Of a stretch of 64,000 bases of DNA, positions 1 through 11,179 are shown in pieces. Numbering within the stretch: position 1 is the stretch's first letter; the number at the start of each line of letters is the position of its first letter. Below the pieces are notes generated by a model. It was not told the DNA's origin and did not search any database. It saw only the letters and a list, made by a program, of their open reading frames with translations. This DNA is from a virus (Duplodnaviria; Caudoviricetes), in the IMG/VR virus record IMGVR_UViG_3300032030_000047, positions 1 through 64,000 of that record. One strand, 5' to 3'. The position numbers and the translations under genes were made by a program.

Positions 1-76
1 CGGAGCATATTAGGAGGACTTGGACAAAATTGTGAACAAGCCAATCTAATATGCGCTCAAGCTATGCTTGATTCAT
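1..76 (-). CDS. Partial hypothetical protein (code 15), runs off the left edge
   Basis: GGAGG RBS then ATG AAT CAA GCA TAG CTT...; MNQA(Q)LERILDWLVHNFVQVLLICS. Confidence 0.4.
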
Positions 77-121
77 ATGTGTCTCACCTCCATGTGGAGA
101 TTTATATAAACCGCGAAGCGG

Positions 122-2233
122 TTATAAATTGGATAAATGATTGCCTAATGATTCTAATAAATCTAAAAATCCTGCTAAAAAATGCATTCGCTCTAATTTG
201 GTTGTAGCAATTGCAGCGGCGCTTGTTGCTTCCCAATCATTACGAATTGGTTCCTTATTATAAGTAGTTAATTTTACTTGCATACCTTTATAATTTGGGC
301 CAAAATTATTAGTTTGCAACTGCGACATGATATTATATGTTTCCTATAGGATATAGGAACTTGGTACAACCAATCCATTTAATTGATATAAATGTAAATC
401 TTGAACAGAGCCGGTAATTAATTGAGAATTCTAAACCCATTTATTTACATCCGCAGCAAACAAAGTAGCGTCGTTAAACATAAACATACCCATAAGTGCG
501 GAAAAATAATTCTCTATAGTGGGCTTAAGAGCCCTTCCAATCATAAGTTTGCCACAATTAATCATAGCAATAAATAACTATTCTGTATCTAGTGGAGTTA
601 AACCGCCGGCTTCAATCATTGAATTAATAATATCTAGCTCGCTATCCAAATTGGAGCCAAAAGCTGCGCCACCAAATCCTCCTTCTTGTTGAAATATGCT
701 TGATCCAGCTGATTCATAACCTTTTACAGTTGAATGAATATTAAAATGAGTAATTAAATCATTTAAAGTATCATTATTTTTGTTATTTTCATTAATAAAA
801 TTTTGAATTAATGCTTCTTGTTCCTATCTTGCGGCAATTAATTCTAGTGTGTTTTTCATATAAGATTCATATGTACTAGTGGCTGTTACTTTACCAAAAT
901 GCTCTTTTTGAGATTTCCATAATTTATCTTCTAAATTAGAAAGCATCTATGCATTAAAGTTAAAAGTGGTGATTAATGCACCCGCTTCAATATCATCGGT
1001 TGGATTTGCTGAACCACCTAAAATTGCGCATATATGGTTTGCTATTAATTCTAGCATACTTAAATCTTCACCGACATAATAGCACTATGTTGAAACAGTA
1101 CTGGCAGCAGCAATCATTTTTTTTATTTCTGCTGGTTGCATACCAATAGACTTTATCCATTCATCATAATTAAGTTTTGTTTTTCCAGTTTTTTGTAATA
1201 AATCCCAATTATTTTTTAATGCGGTCTAAATACGTGATACCTTTTTATCTAAATCATTAATTTGATCAAAAGCTTTTGATGACATGCCATATTGTTTTTG
1301 TATAGATTGTAATACGCTTCCTAATTCTGGAGAATTGAGTAAAAGCTCTGTAAACTATTTAAACGCTGAACTACTTATTATCTCTTCAGCAGTTTGTTCA
1401 AATTTATCTTTTGGCAAGGCTATATTAATAGAACTTGATAACATTTCATTAGCTTTTATAGTTAAAGCTGCTAATAATGCATCTTTCTAACCAGGATCTA
1501 ACTATAAATTCTTATTAAATAATTTTGCGCCGTATTGTTTAATAATAATATTAGTTAAAATAGTCATTTTTCCATGGTCAATAAAAATAGATTCAAAAGC
1601 GGCCTTTCCATTAGCTTTCATAGCAAATAAACTATTATTTATACCTTTCTATTTATTTAATTCTTTTTTTAAATCTTCTTCATACTATTTCTTATTAAAA
1701 TTCTAATCTTTCATTTTTTGTGAAGTTAAATTAAGTTCACTTTGATATTTCTAAAATGCATCATTGTTATTGTGAATACGTTTTAACTCGGTGTCTAAAG
1801 TTTTACTAAATTCTTCTGTGCCTTTAAGAGCTCGATTAATATTTATAATAAAAGAGTAATAATCATTTAATATATCCTCTGGATTGATATTAAAGGAATC
1901 TCGTATTTCCGGATGAGCTGTATTAAAATTTTGAAAAAACTGTAATTCTTTTTGTCGTTCAAATTCAGCGCTATTTTTTAAAAAAACTAAAGCTTCAGAC
2001 AAACCAGTTCCGGCTGATCCAGTAGAAGTAATACCAAAATTACTTTTTACGTTAATAATACTATTTAATGCTTGCCTGTACAGTTTTTGATACATCGGAG
2101 AAGATTCAGATTTCAATGATTCATAAAAAACATATCGTCTTCCTAAAGTTAGTTCTTGAATTTCTGCCTATGAAAGATGCGTTAAATCTCGTTTTTTTCG
2201 TCCAGAGTTTTGTTTAGCTCTTTTTCTTGACAT
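122..2233 (-). CDS. Large hypothetical protein (~703 aa, code 15, many in-frame TAG)
   Basis: AGGAGG RBS and ATG at 2233; track fragments 1751-2116 and 122-328 are in one frame and separated by TAG where checked; ends TAA at 122. Confidence 0.7.
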
Positions 2234-2304
2234 TCTCTCTCCTCCTATCTAAAAAAATAAAAGCTATTCCCCTTGGAATAGCTTCCCATAAATAAGTCAT
2301 ATCA

Positions 2305-3120
2305 TTAGAATTGAATTACTTCAATTTCTTCAACTTCATCATTTTTTAATTCAAACCCCTGCGCCTGCATCGTTAATATATTTAAAACAAATGCTCTTCC
2401 TGTAAAAGCGGCGCCAGTATCCATATCTAATCGTCCAGTACTCAATTTAATAGGTACGGCTTTATCACAAGATTTACAATCTGCATACTCGTGCAAATAT
2501 GGCGTGGGTGTATGTCCAAAAACTACTGTGCGTCCTAATTTCCAATCATTATCAAAGCTAGTACGACTCCAAAGTAAATATTCGGCATCGTATTCATCTA
2601 CTGGCTGGGAAGAATATTCTTTTTCTGCAACACGCGTAAATGAGTTGTAGCCGCCACCCGAATGGCAAAAATCTAATTTTCCATAACTAAAAGTATAAGG
2701 AAGTTTTTCTAGTTGCTCTACAATATCCATAGGCATACCATCCATAATCCAATCTGTAAGTGTAGACATTCCTCCATTATACAAACTAGTCTGAATAGCT
2801 TCATATCTATAATCAAAACCGCGTGTACAACTTAAAAAATGATGCGCTTCTTCACGTGTAGGCGGGGTATAAGGATGATATTCTTGTTTTAATTCACGCG
2901 CAGCGGCGCAAAACATATCTTCATGATTTCCTTTCAAATAGCCAACTTGCGGATCAGCAAGAAGCTCCTTCATAATACGATATCCATCTTCTCCACGATC
3001 ACAAGCATCGCCGCCGAAAATTATACTACATTCAGGATCCTGTGTCTTACAATAATTCATAATAGCATCAAATAATGGACGACAGCCGTGAATGTCTGTA
3101 AAGAAAAATATATCGTGCAT
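2305..3120 (-). CDS. Calcineurin-like metallophosphoesterase (Ser/Thr phosphatase-like)
   Basis: DIHG, GDACDRG and GNHE motifs. Confidence 0.85.
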   Translation of the reverse strand: MHDIFFFTDIHGCRPLFDAIMNYCKTQDPECSIIFGGDACDRGEDGYRIMKELLADPQVGYLKGNHEDMFCAAARELKQEYHPYTPPTREEAHHFLSCTRGFDYRYEAIQTSLYNGGMSTLTDWIMDGMPMDIVEQLEKLPYTFSYGKLDFCHSGGGYNSFTRVAEKEYSSQPVDEYDAEYLLWSRTSFDNDWKLGRTVVFGHTPTPYLHEYADCKSCDKAVPIKLSTGRLDMDTGAAFTGRAFVLNILTMQAQGFELKNDEVEEIEVIQF

Positions 3121-3135
3121 TTGAATTATTCTCCT

Positions 3136-3276
3136 TCAGGGTTCTGGATGGGTACTTTCATACTTTCTAATCTTCCTATTTAGCTTACCAATTAGTCCTT
3201 TATTTAGTTCTTCTCCACGTGCGCGTAGAAGGTCACGGCGGTACCGCCACCGTAGATACTGTGTATACTCGTTCAT
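3136..3276 (-). CDS. Small hypothetical protein (46 aa)
   Basis: ATG at 3276 overlaps the upstream stop; open to TGA. Confidence 0.5.
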   Translation of the reverse strand: MNEYTQYLRWRYRRDLLRARGEELNKGLIGKLNRKIRKYESTHPEP

Positions 3277-3476
3277 TTTATCCACTCCTTATTCCATTTA
3301 GTATTATCATCTTTATCTTCTGGATTTATACTTAATAGTGAAATTGCACTATCATACGCATCCAATAGTGTTTCTTGCTTTTGAACCAAATCGCAGTAGC
3401 CGCAATTGCGATCACAATCACGGCTAATGCATTCACGTTCGATTTTAAGGATACGAATTACTTCAACCTTTTCCAT
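3273..3476 (-). CDS. Small Cys-containing hypothetical protein
   Basis: MEKVEVIRILKIERECISRDCDRNCGYCDL; 3' part of the track ORF. Confidence 0.6.
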   Translation of the reverse strand: MEKVEVIRILKIERECISRDCDRNCGYCDLVQKQETLLDAYDSAISLLSINPEDKDDNTKWNKEWIK

Positions 3477-3729
3477 ATACATCCTCGTATTTTCTAGCAG
3501 GAGATAATTCTTCTGGTGTAAAAGCCCAAGTCTCTCCATAGTCACTATAATTATATATATTACCATCTGGGCCGGGCCATCCCCAAATATAAATGATGCT
3601 ATCGTCAGAGACTGTTTTATGAAGCTCTGATTTTTTAATAGGTAAAATAATAGCATCTTTATCTGTGCGATGCTCTCCATACATAGTACCCCAAATAATA
3701 TCTGGCAGGTTATCAAAAGTAATTATCAT
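3463..3729 (-). CDS. Hypothetical protein
   Basis: ORF with RBS, operon-like spacing. Confidence 0.6.
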   Translation of the reverse strand: MIITFDNLPDIIWGTMYGEHRTDKDAIILPIKKSELHKTVSDDSIIYIWGWPGPDGNIYNYSDYGETWAFTPEELSPARKYEDVYGKG

Positions 3730-3731
3730 TT

Positions 3732-5105
3732 TTACTCCTGTGCGATAGCTTCCTGCGCTTCTTCAATATCAGGAGCATCGGCTTCTTCTTTATAAATCCC
3801 TTCTAGAATTTTAAAACTGATGTTTTTCATCTTATATACTTCAAACTTTGAACGGTTCATAATACGTGCAACTACACCTTCGCGCACATGGGACTTTCCA
3901 ATGGGGTCAGGTCCATCATAATACTGTTCAATCTTACGCACTACATATTCGCCGGGATTTACATCCTCAGGAATTACAAAGCGCTCGAATTCCATTACAT
4001 GATTTACGCCCCACTTATCACAATAGGTCTGAATCTGATCAGGAGACAACTCAATTTGCTCGCCATCTTCATTTACCATAGTGATTCGATATACATATAC
4101 TTCACAACAAGGTTTAATTTCAGTAGTCCATCCATCTTCATCTACTACACAAGAAAATGCGCGTTCATACTGTCCATCCTGCTGGCATCCATAGGAGAAA
4201 GTAGTAATATCACCATACATCTTGCTAAACTCTTTATCTTTAATCTTAGAGTTAGCTACTTGTCCCATAATGGGTGCGCCATTCGGCCCTTGGAATCCCA
4301 CGATTTCGTAATAGACTACCATTCCCTTAGGAAGCTTACCTTCAAACTTCGCAGCCATAGCATGGCGGAAATCATCGCTTTCATAGAAGCCACCTTGCCG
4401 CTTACCATCAAGAACAACACGCCGAGTCCCAGTTACATAACCATACTCATAATAATCCTTACCATGTCGCCGCAGAAGCTTATCCAACCAAGTACGCTTC
4501 GTATGAAGCAGAGGAAGATGGCCCGTTCTACCTGAGGTTCCATGCATCTTAAGCGTAAGCTGAATTTCATCACCATTGTGGAACTTATCCAGATTATAGG
4601 CAACCTGCTCAGTATCTACATGTTCAAAGAAAGTCGGCGCATAGTTTACTTTAGCCTTCTTAATCTTTTCACCATGCCATTCTCCACGAGGATTACACTT
4701 AGGAATATACTTTTTACAGATTTCCTCACCATTGAGAACAGTAATCTGATCGCCCGGCTTCAGTTCACTAATGTTCGTGAACTCGGACAGACAAGTAATA
4801 TTCAGATATAGTCCATTAGACTTTTCTCCACGCAACTTAATAGCTTTTACATTGCGCTTATCAGGATCCATATAACCGCCAATGTTATTGCCGTTTTCAT
4901 CCTTCTTACGCACGAGGTTATTAATTTCGCAGAACTTTTCAGACAGCTGCAAATCGCAAGGGAAATATACACCAATATCCCCAATATGAGTATCAAGACC
5001 GACGATTACATCCTCTTCAAATACACGTAGAATCTGAAGGCGGTCAGCATTAGAGTGCGGCCGCAGATCTTTTACTTGTACAACAAAACCACAATGTTCG
5101 CTCAT
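3732..5105 (-). CDS. ATP-dependent RNA ligase with N-terminal OB/tRNA-binding-like domain (DRB0094/Rnl5-like)
   Basis: Motif I KMHGTS, motif IV EGVV, motif V YKMKN; N-terminal HSNADRL OB-type segment. Confidence 0.85.
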   Translation of the reverse strand: MSEHCGFVVQVKDLRPHSNADRLQILRVFEEDVIVGLDTHIGDIGVYFPCDLQLSEKFCEINNLVRKKDENGNNIGGYMDPDKRNVKAIKLRGEKSNGLYLNITCLSEFTNISELKPGDQITVLNGEEICKKYIPKCNPRGEWHGEKIKKAKVNYAPTFFEHVDTEQVAYNLDKFHNGDEIQLTLKMHGTSGRTGHLPLLHTKRTWLDKLLRRHGKDYYEYGYVTGTRRVVLDGKRQGGFYESDDFRHAMAAKFEGKLPKGMVVYYEIVGFQGPNGAPIMGQVANSKIKDKEFSKMYGDITTFSYGCQQDGQYERAFSCVVDEDGWTTEIKPCCEVYVYRITMVNEDGEQIELSPDQIQTYCDKWGVNHVMEFERFVIPEDVNPGEYVVRKIEQYYDGPDPIGKSHVREGVVARIMNRSKFEVYKMKNISFKILEGIYKEEADAPDIEEAQEAIAQE

Positions 5106-5138
5106 TTAAATCATCCTTTCTCTCTTTCTTACATAATA

Positions 5139-5166
5139 ATTATATCATAATTTTAGGAATTATCAA
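5139..5166 (-). promoter_or_regulatory. Sigma-A-like promoter, one of ~17 near-identical copies
   Basis: TTGATA-N16-TATAAT; same TTGAC(T/A)-N16-18-TATAAT motif at 5355, 7180, 9566, 11179, 13678, 14820, 17014, 19178, 22198, 26039, 27938, 28443, 33681, 35332, 41539, 59519. Confidence 0.75.
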
Positions 5167-5378
5167 TCTTTAATCTTTTTGCAATTTCATCCAGTATTAT
5201 ACTACGCATACTGTCATACGCGGAAGATTCATTAGAATCAAAACGAATATAATCTAATAATTCAAAGTACAAACCTCTATTTGAAAACTGGTTTACTTTG
5301 TTTTTATATTCTTCATAAGTAGTCATATACATTTTCTTCCTTTCTTACATAATAATTATATCATAAATTTAGAAAATG

Positions 5379-5594
5379 TCAATTATCCATTTCTCTATGT
5401 TCAATCCGCCATTCACCAGTATCATCATCGCACCAAACAACTAAATTTACACGCTGCCCGTTTTTCAAACCATGTACATAGTTATGTGAATTATAGGATA
5501 GCGGGCCGATTTCTTCAATTGTATCCGCTGCGCCAGAATCAAGCACTAATTCATATATCGTATCTGATAAGTAATCTTTTAATTCATTGCTCAT
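5379..5594 (-). CDS. Hypothetical protein
   Basis: ORF track, overlapping start/stop with neighbour. Confidence 0.6.
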   Translation of the reverse strand: MSNELKDYLSDTIYELVLDSGAADTIEEIGPLSYNSHNYVHGLKNGQRVNLVVWCDDDTGEWRIEHREMDN

Positions 5595-5872
5595 TAATAT
5601 AAATCCTCACTAAATAATTCTTGAATAGTAGGTTCTGTAATATAAGGATTAATTTGATCGTGGAGATAAGCATGTTTCCACGCCTCTACTCTATTATAAA
5701 AATTATCATGCTCATCAAGGAAACCCTGATCATTTTGATTGCTTTCAAAATCATCCTTAGAATATCCAAGTTCTTTTAGAATATAGAATGCATCACAATG
5801 ACGATGCACAGGCAGGATAATTTCTTTATTTTGTTTCTTATCATAAATACGAACCGCCGCGCTAGTAATCAT
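5594..5872 (-). CDS. Hypothetical phage protein
   Basis: ORF track, operon spacing. Confidence 0.65.
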   Translation of the reverse strand: MITSAAVRIYDKKQNKEIILPVHRHCDAFYILKELGYSKDDFESNQNDQGFLDEHDNFYNRVEAWKHAYLHDQINPYITEPTIQELFSEDLY

Positions 5873-5874
5873 TA

Positions 5875-6114
5875 TTATTTCTCCTCTGTCGTAAAGAAGA
5901 ATTCAGTCCATGATCCGACATCATACCAAGTTCTATCATTTTCTGTCCAAGTTCTAATATAATAACTAACAAACGGAGTCTTTTTATTCTCATTCGCTTG
6001 TTTAATAAAATCGTTAATAGAACGATATACATCTGCTGTAGTTTCACAATAAGCAATTTGTCTCTCTATTCCATTATGATTCTTGAACCATAGAGTCATT
6101 TTTCTTTTCCTCAC
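5875..6114 (-). CDS. Hypothetical protein
   Basis: ORF track; true start may be ATG ACT near 6099. Confidence 0.6.
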   Translation of the reverse strand: MRKRKMTLWFKNHNGIERQIAYCETTADVYRSINDFIKQANENKKTPFVSYYIRTWTENDRTWYDVGSWTEFFFTTEEK

Positions 6115-6289
6115 TTTCTTGTATTATTCCATCGTAATTAAGCTGCATTTTGGTTAAAATCTCAAAACCACATTGTGGGCAATTAATATAGGAATTTGCA
6201 TGTATATCTTCTGGTTTATAGCCTAGCAATGCACCGCAATTATTACAGCGGCAAATTAATCCATAGTATCTTGGGCTTAGTATAATCAT
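6074..6289 (-). CDS. Small zinc-ribbon protein
   Basis: CNNC...CPQC. Confidence 0.65.
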   Translation of the reverse strand: MIILSPRYYGLICRCNNCGALLGYKPEDIHANSYINCPQCGFEILTKMQLNYDGIIQESEEKKNDSMVQES

Positions 6290-7008
6290 ACCACTTTACA
6301 GTACCATACAATAGTACATTTTTCTCCTTTTACTTCCTTATGTGCTTTTACTTTCATTCTTAGCTTAAAAGCCATACCAACTTCAAAATTTTTGGTGCCT
6401 GTTTCCCATATATACATATTACCTTCGGCATCACGCATATAATGCGTATGCTTTTCTCCAAAGTGGTCCTCGCGCGTGATATTTTCTTTAACAACGATTT
6501 CTTTTTCAAGCCAATCATTTTCTTTTCCTTGGTAGGTGCTATTACTAGTAACACTCCCATTAAGAAGATTACTGACAAGCTTGGCAACTTCTTCATGCGG
6601 TTTCATCCTATCTTCATAATCTTGCACTTGCTCCCACTTCAATTGAATAGGTTCAATGCCATTTAAAACTTCGGGCGTGGGAAATTTACTAGGAGTATAA
6701 TACCCAAAAGTAGTATTACGCCAAATATTAGTGCGGTCATTTTCAGCCCACCTCTCTACTACTCGTTCGTCTCCTTTATATAAAGTAATATAACCTTTTT
6801 CATCAAATCCAAAAGCATGGCGAGCATTGAAATCCATTAGATTGTTTTTAACTGGTTCATTAGGATACATGCGCTGATACTCTGCGTCAGAATACCAACG
6901 AACTTTTTTAAGTCCCTTTGTCGTAAGTACGTTTACATATAAACGCTTGTTTTCTTCAAATGGCTCACCTTGCTGTTCCAAGTTTTGATACGTCTTAGCA
7001 ACAGGCAT
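6286..7008 (-). CDS. Hypothetical protein, possible C-terminal OB-fold
   Basis: 240-aa ORF with RBS. Confidence 0.7.
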   Translation of the reverse strand: MPVAKTYQNLEQQGEPFEENKRLYVNVLTTKGLKKVRWYSDAEYQRMYPNEPVKNNLMDFNARHAFGFDEKGYITLYKGDERVVERWAENDRTNIWRNTTFGYYTPSKFPTPEVLNGIEPIQLKWEQVQDYEDRMKPHEEVAKLVSNLLNGSVTSNSTYQGKENDWLEKEIVVKENITREDHFGEKHTHYMRDAEGNMYIWETGTKNFEVGMAFKLRMKVKAHKEVKGEKCTIVWYCKVV

Positions 7009-7211
7009 TTGACTTCTCCTCGTTTTCTTTAGTCAGCATTTGTCTATATTTCTCGCGCAATTCTTCATTAGTATATTCTTCATAAGAGGTAAAATGATAC
7101 TGCCTCATAATCTCTTCAACCAGATTTTCAATCATTTCCTTATCCATTTTAATTATCCCCTTTCCCTCTTTCTATAAAAATTATAACATAAATTTAAAAA
7201 AAGTCAAATGG

Positions 7212-7430
7212 TCATTCGACCATTTGACAAAGTTGAAAGGAAGTGAATTTTTGGTTTGGTACTGCGTCTACATAATCCAATAAAGGAATCATATAGATTA
7301 TAGGGTCATTTTCAAGTTGGTATACACATCGTAGCTGTTCTACTAGAGGGTTTCCTGCTTTTGCCATTGCCATTCCTTGCTGGGCAATAGCTGGGATATC
7401 TTGTTCTTCGATAATTTTCTTATTCCACAT
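7212..7430 (-). CDS. Hypothetical protein
   Basis: ORF track. Confidence 0.55.
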   Translation of the reverse strand: MWNKKIIEEQDIPAIAQQGMAMAKAGNPLVEQLRCVYQLENDPIIYMIPLLDYVDAVPNQKFTSFQLCQMVE

Positions 7431-7431
7431 T

Positions 7432-8370
7432 TTATTCTGCCTTTATATTAATATAATTTAATACTTCTTTCATTCCTAATCCACCTTCATCCCAAGGCTT
7501 CATACAATATTCCCATAATTTAGGATGCGTTTTCTTTAATAGCTAGAAACGATTTGGTTCTTTTTCCATATGGCATCCAAATGCACAGAAAATGCAGCCA
7601 GTGCGATCTTCACCAGTTGTTTCTAACTTACCTTTACGATTTTTCTTTATTTCACCATAAACTGATGCATATGGCAGGTTCTTATCTTGAATATATTGTA
7701 AAATATCTTGCTCTGTCCAAAATGATAAAGGACGACTAATCGGTTCAGCGGTATTAAAAGCATTGCAGCCCTGCTGAAGCCATATATTGCGGCGACTAAT
7801 TGATTCTTCGGCGAGAGTTCCTATAATTGGATATCGGCCCGTTTCTTTTTGATATTTATGTGCTGGTTGTTTTTTCATAACATCACAGCAATAGTCACTA
7901 ATATTAAAAGGTGCATCAACTAAGTATGCCCATTTACCATCCCCAAAACCAAACGTCTTGGTAGGAATTTCTCCGCGTAATGTTTTCGCGCGAACAGAAT
8001 TGGGATCACGTTTAGCGGTATATACATATCCTGCTATACGTTTACTAATAATAGGATATCCAAATTCTTCTATTACCTATCTAAACGAACGATTCGGCCG
8101 CCGAATTTCTACATTATCTATAGTTTTAACGAATTCTTTTAATTCTGGATATTCCAAGCCAGTATCAAAAAATACCGCAGGAATGTCAGGATATAAAGAA
8201 CGAGCGATATCCAATAAAACAGTGCTGTCTTTTCCGCCGGAGAAAGATACGTATACTTCACCATTGAAGTGATCGTAAAATTCTCGTATTCGTAATTCTG
8301 TTTTTATGATTTTTGCTTCTAATGGCAACGCCTAAGCCTATTTTAAATCAGTTGCAGTAAATAAAGCCAT
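7432..8370 (-). CDS. PAPS-reductase-family protein (312 aa, code 15, 4 in-frame TAG)
   Basis: SFSGGKDS PP-loop, RTGCIFC; fragments 8077-8328 and 7543-7878 join through TAG: MALFTATDLK(Q)A(Q)ALPLEAK. Confidence 0.85.
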
Positions 8371-8774
8371 TATTCTTCCCTCACTATAAAATCAAATGGC
8401 TGTTTATTCAACCATTGTTCTGAATATTTATTTACATTATAATAATAATACTCACCGTCTGATACATATGCATGTTCAAGATTCTTATCAAAGTCTTCGC
8501 TTTGAATAAACTCAATATACTTTTCTTTAGGCATTAAATAACCGTACTGCGCCATCCAGTCTTCTACTGGGACTGCTTCTAGGAATAAATCATTAATTTC
8601 TACATCATGCAAATATGGTACTTCTTCAGCATCCATATAGTCTTTAGGGATAACAAATATAAACAATCCCTTTTCAGTAAGTTCTGGCGACATTTGATTT
8701 GTAAGTTTTCCAACGCACCATTGTCCATTGTGTTTATATAGGACGCGCATTCCATCGTGAATTTTTAGATCCAT
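8370..8774 (-). CDS. Hypothetical protein
   Basis: 134-aa ORF with RBS. Confidence 0.65.
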   Translation of the reverse strand: MDLKIHDGMRVLYKHNGQWCVGKLTNQMSPELTEKGLFIFVIPKDYMDAEEVPYLHDVEINDLFLEAVPVEDWMAQYGYLMPKEKYIEFIQSEDFDKNLEHAYVSDGEYYYYNVNKYSEQWLNKQPFDFIVREE

Positions 8775-8785
8775 TATGTCTCCTC

Positions 8786-9547
8786 TTATAAAATGTATTT
8801 AATATAATAATGCATTAATTCATATTGCATTGATTCAATTAGTTGCAGTCCTTCTGTTTCAATTGCTTGCTGGCTAGCTGTTTTTTTAAACTCATTGCGG
8901 CAATCGTCTAAGAGATTAGCAATATTTTCACAGCCATCATTATAATATGCAGTATTAGATTCTAGCGTATCTCTTTTAGCATATAAAGCTTCTTGATAAT
9001 TAAGAGGTAATAGTTTAAGTAATTGAGATGCGCTAGTAAAATTCAAAAAGTTATTTTTCATACTATATAAACGTAAAGCATGTGAATAACGTTTTCCAGC
9101 GGGCATATTACGCTTAGTAAGCTGATGCGCCATTCCGGCCATTGCGTATAGCATATGAGAATAATTACAATGTACCATTTTATTTAAGATATATTCATTG
9201 TTTAAATATTTTTCCAAAATAGCGGTATATTTAGGTTCATAATATTTATAAGTTCCAACAAAGCATTCAACACTATTTGGAGATGTTTTCTTAAGAAGAT
9301 TAAGCGCAAGACGAATATCTTTATACATACACTTGCCATCTTCGACTTCAAATTCACCGCTATATGGCTCGCGCGCGGTTGATAAATCTTCAATAGTAGG
9401 AAAAACAAATGTAAAAGTATCAATATCGCTATTAGTATTATCTAAACAATAATTTTGACTACCAATTAAGACAGTCATTACTACTTCATATCCTTTATCT
9501 TTGACCCATTGATGGTGCCTTTTAACTGCTTCTATAATATCCATCAT
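8786..9547 (-). CDS. Pol-beta-superfamily nucleotidyltransferase (PF10127/RlaP-like)
   Basis: GSQNY...SDID motif. Confidence 0.75.
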   Translation of the reverse strand: MMDIIEAVKRHHQWVKDKGYEVVMTVLIGSQNYCLDNTNSDIDTFTFVFPTIEDLSTAREPYSGEFEVEDGKCMYKDIRLALNLLKKTSPNSVECFVGTYKYYEPKYTAILEKYLNNEYILNKMVHCNYSHMLYAMAGMAHQLTKRNMPAGKRYSHALRLYSMKNNFLNFTSASQLLKLLPLNYQEALYAKRDTLESNTAYYNDGCENIANLLDDCRNEFKKTASQQAIETEGLQLIESMQYELMHYYIKYIL

Positions 9548-9565
9548 CTTCCTCCTTATAAATTA

Positions 9566-9594
9566 ATTATATCAGAAAATATGAAAAAAGTCAA
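9566..9594 (-). promoter_or_regulatory. Sigma-A-like promoter
   Basis: TTGACT-N17-TATAAT. Confidence 0.75.
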
Positions 9595-9629
9595 GCAATT
9601 GATTGCTTGACTTTTCAGAAAGAGAGAAT

Positions 9630-11120
9630 TTATAGAACACTAGAAATTGGCGCATAGCGCTCCCCTTCTAGTACAGTTCGCATCATTTCGACTCCATCTT
9701 TACCTGAAAGCACTCCTTCAAGCGCGCTCATAGAGAAGCCGCTGCAATAGGAGAAACCCGGGCCAATGGCTGGTATATTAGGCTGACGAGCATCGAGATT
9801 CCAAAAGATTACCCTTGGTGCGGTATATCCTGCCCACATCCACTCTTTAGTTTTAGCTTCAATGAGCGTATCAATCTGTGAGCGATTCATAGGACGAACA
9901 CGACCCCAGCGATCAAGGGAACGTGCGCCGCAAGTCAAGCCATCATCGAATTCCATATCTGAAAATATGTAAATCGTTTTAGGCATTTCGGAATCTGGCA
10001 CATGATTACGCAGACCAGTCTCCAACAGCATATCAAATACTGCCTCAAGATTCGTATTCTGTCCCCAGTCTGCATCTACTGCACGCTTGAATTTATCATA
10101 GATATCGACGCCTTTAAATTCAACAAGCTGTGGATTGGCGCTAAAGGTAATAAAGTGATTCTGGAACGGGCCTTTTCCACGTTCAGCAATGTATGCGCCC
10201 ATAGAAACCGCGGCTTCCATAGGAGTACCGCTCATACTGCCGCTGACATCAACTACTGCAATGCCAGGCTCTTCACGGCCATTGTAATAATCTTTTAGAT
10301 TATCCCAATACTTCTGCCACGCCTGACGCTCAGTAGCAGAGGGAGTGCGCCATGTACTGAGAATCTGATGCGCGATTTCGACAGGATTCAGTACACTTGC
10401 ATTTACTTTAGCGTCCTTGCGGGACATAAATTCAGCATAGCGCTCCTTAGTTTCCTCGCGGCGCATAAAGGCATTCTTATAGAGAAGTCCTGCGCGAGAA
10501 GGTAGATGATCGAATGCAATCTGATTCCACCGATTCTGGCTCATAAGAGTTTCAACCAGATGGCAAGCTTTACGACCTTCAGAAAGCATTTTACGATACT
10601 CACGTTCGGTCATACCAAATTCGCGCACGAACTTACGCCCACGAATCTTACTCTCTTTAGAAGAGGCATTGATCGAAGGCATCCATTTATAAATAAGATG
10701 ATCTTCATTCTTATCAAGAACACGGAAAATATATCTCATCATTGCGTCTTCGCATGGCGTATCAAATAGTTCAAAAAGGTCATCATAACGACCATAAGTT
10801 GCCACCAGAGGAATTAGGTGTTCCATCTCCCGCTCATAATGAGTAGCTAGCCACTTAATACAGACGCGGAAAAATCGTCTTTCGCCTGCGCCACCGCGCA
10901 CGTCGCGCAGATAGAAGAGGCACTTCAGTGCGAGAGTAGCATTCTCTTCATATGCCTGCTTAAACATATTAATAACATCATCGTCTGAACGATTCCGCAT
11001 AGAACCGCCCATAGCAAACATATCTAGCACCTTATTAAGCGTGGTGACGTGGGTAATAGCGCCATTTTCGGTAAGCGCATAGTTAGTATCCATTTTCAGA
11101 TTCTTTAGTAGTTCGTTCAT
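9630..11120 (-). CDS. DUF2828-family protein, helical N-terminus plus vWA domain (Ro60/TROVE-like architecture)
   Basis: TENGA...LRDVRGGAGER N-terminus; DVSGSM MIDAS, SDMEFD, FWNL; start MNELL after AGGAG. Confidence 0.8.
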   Translation of the reverse strand: MNELLKNLKMDTNYALTENGAITHVTTLNKVLDMFAMGGSMRNRSDDDVINMFKQAYEENATLALKCLFYLRDVRGGAGERRFFRVCIKWLATHYEREMEHLIPLVATYGRYDDLFELFDTPCEDAMMRYIFRVLDKNEDHLIYKWMPSINASSKESKIRGRKFVREFGMTEREYRKMLSEGRKACHLVETLMSQNRWNQIAFDHLPSRAGLLYKNAFMRREETKERYAEFMSRKDAKVNASVLNPVEIAHQILSTWRTPSATERQAWQKYWDNLKDYYNGREEPGIAVVDVSGSMSGTPMEAAVSMGAYIAERGKGPFQNHFITFSANPQLVEFKGVDIYDKFKRAVDADWGQNTNLEAVFDMLLETGLRNHVPDSEMPKTIYIFSDMEFDDGLTCGARSLDRWGRVRPMNRSQIDTLIEAKTKEWMWAGYTAPRVIFWNLDARQPNIPAIGPGFSYCSGFSMSALEGVLSGKDGVEMMRTVLEGERYAPISSVL

Positions 11121-11179
11121 TTTCTTTCTCCTTTTCATCTTAGCCTTTAACAAGGCCGTAGGTTTTCTTTATATTTATA

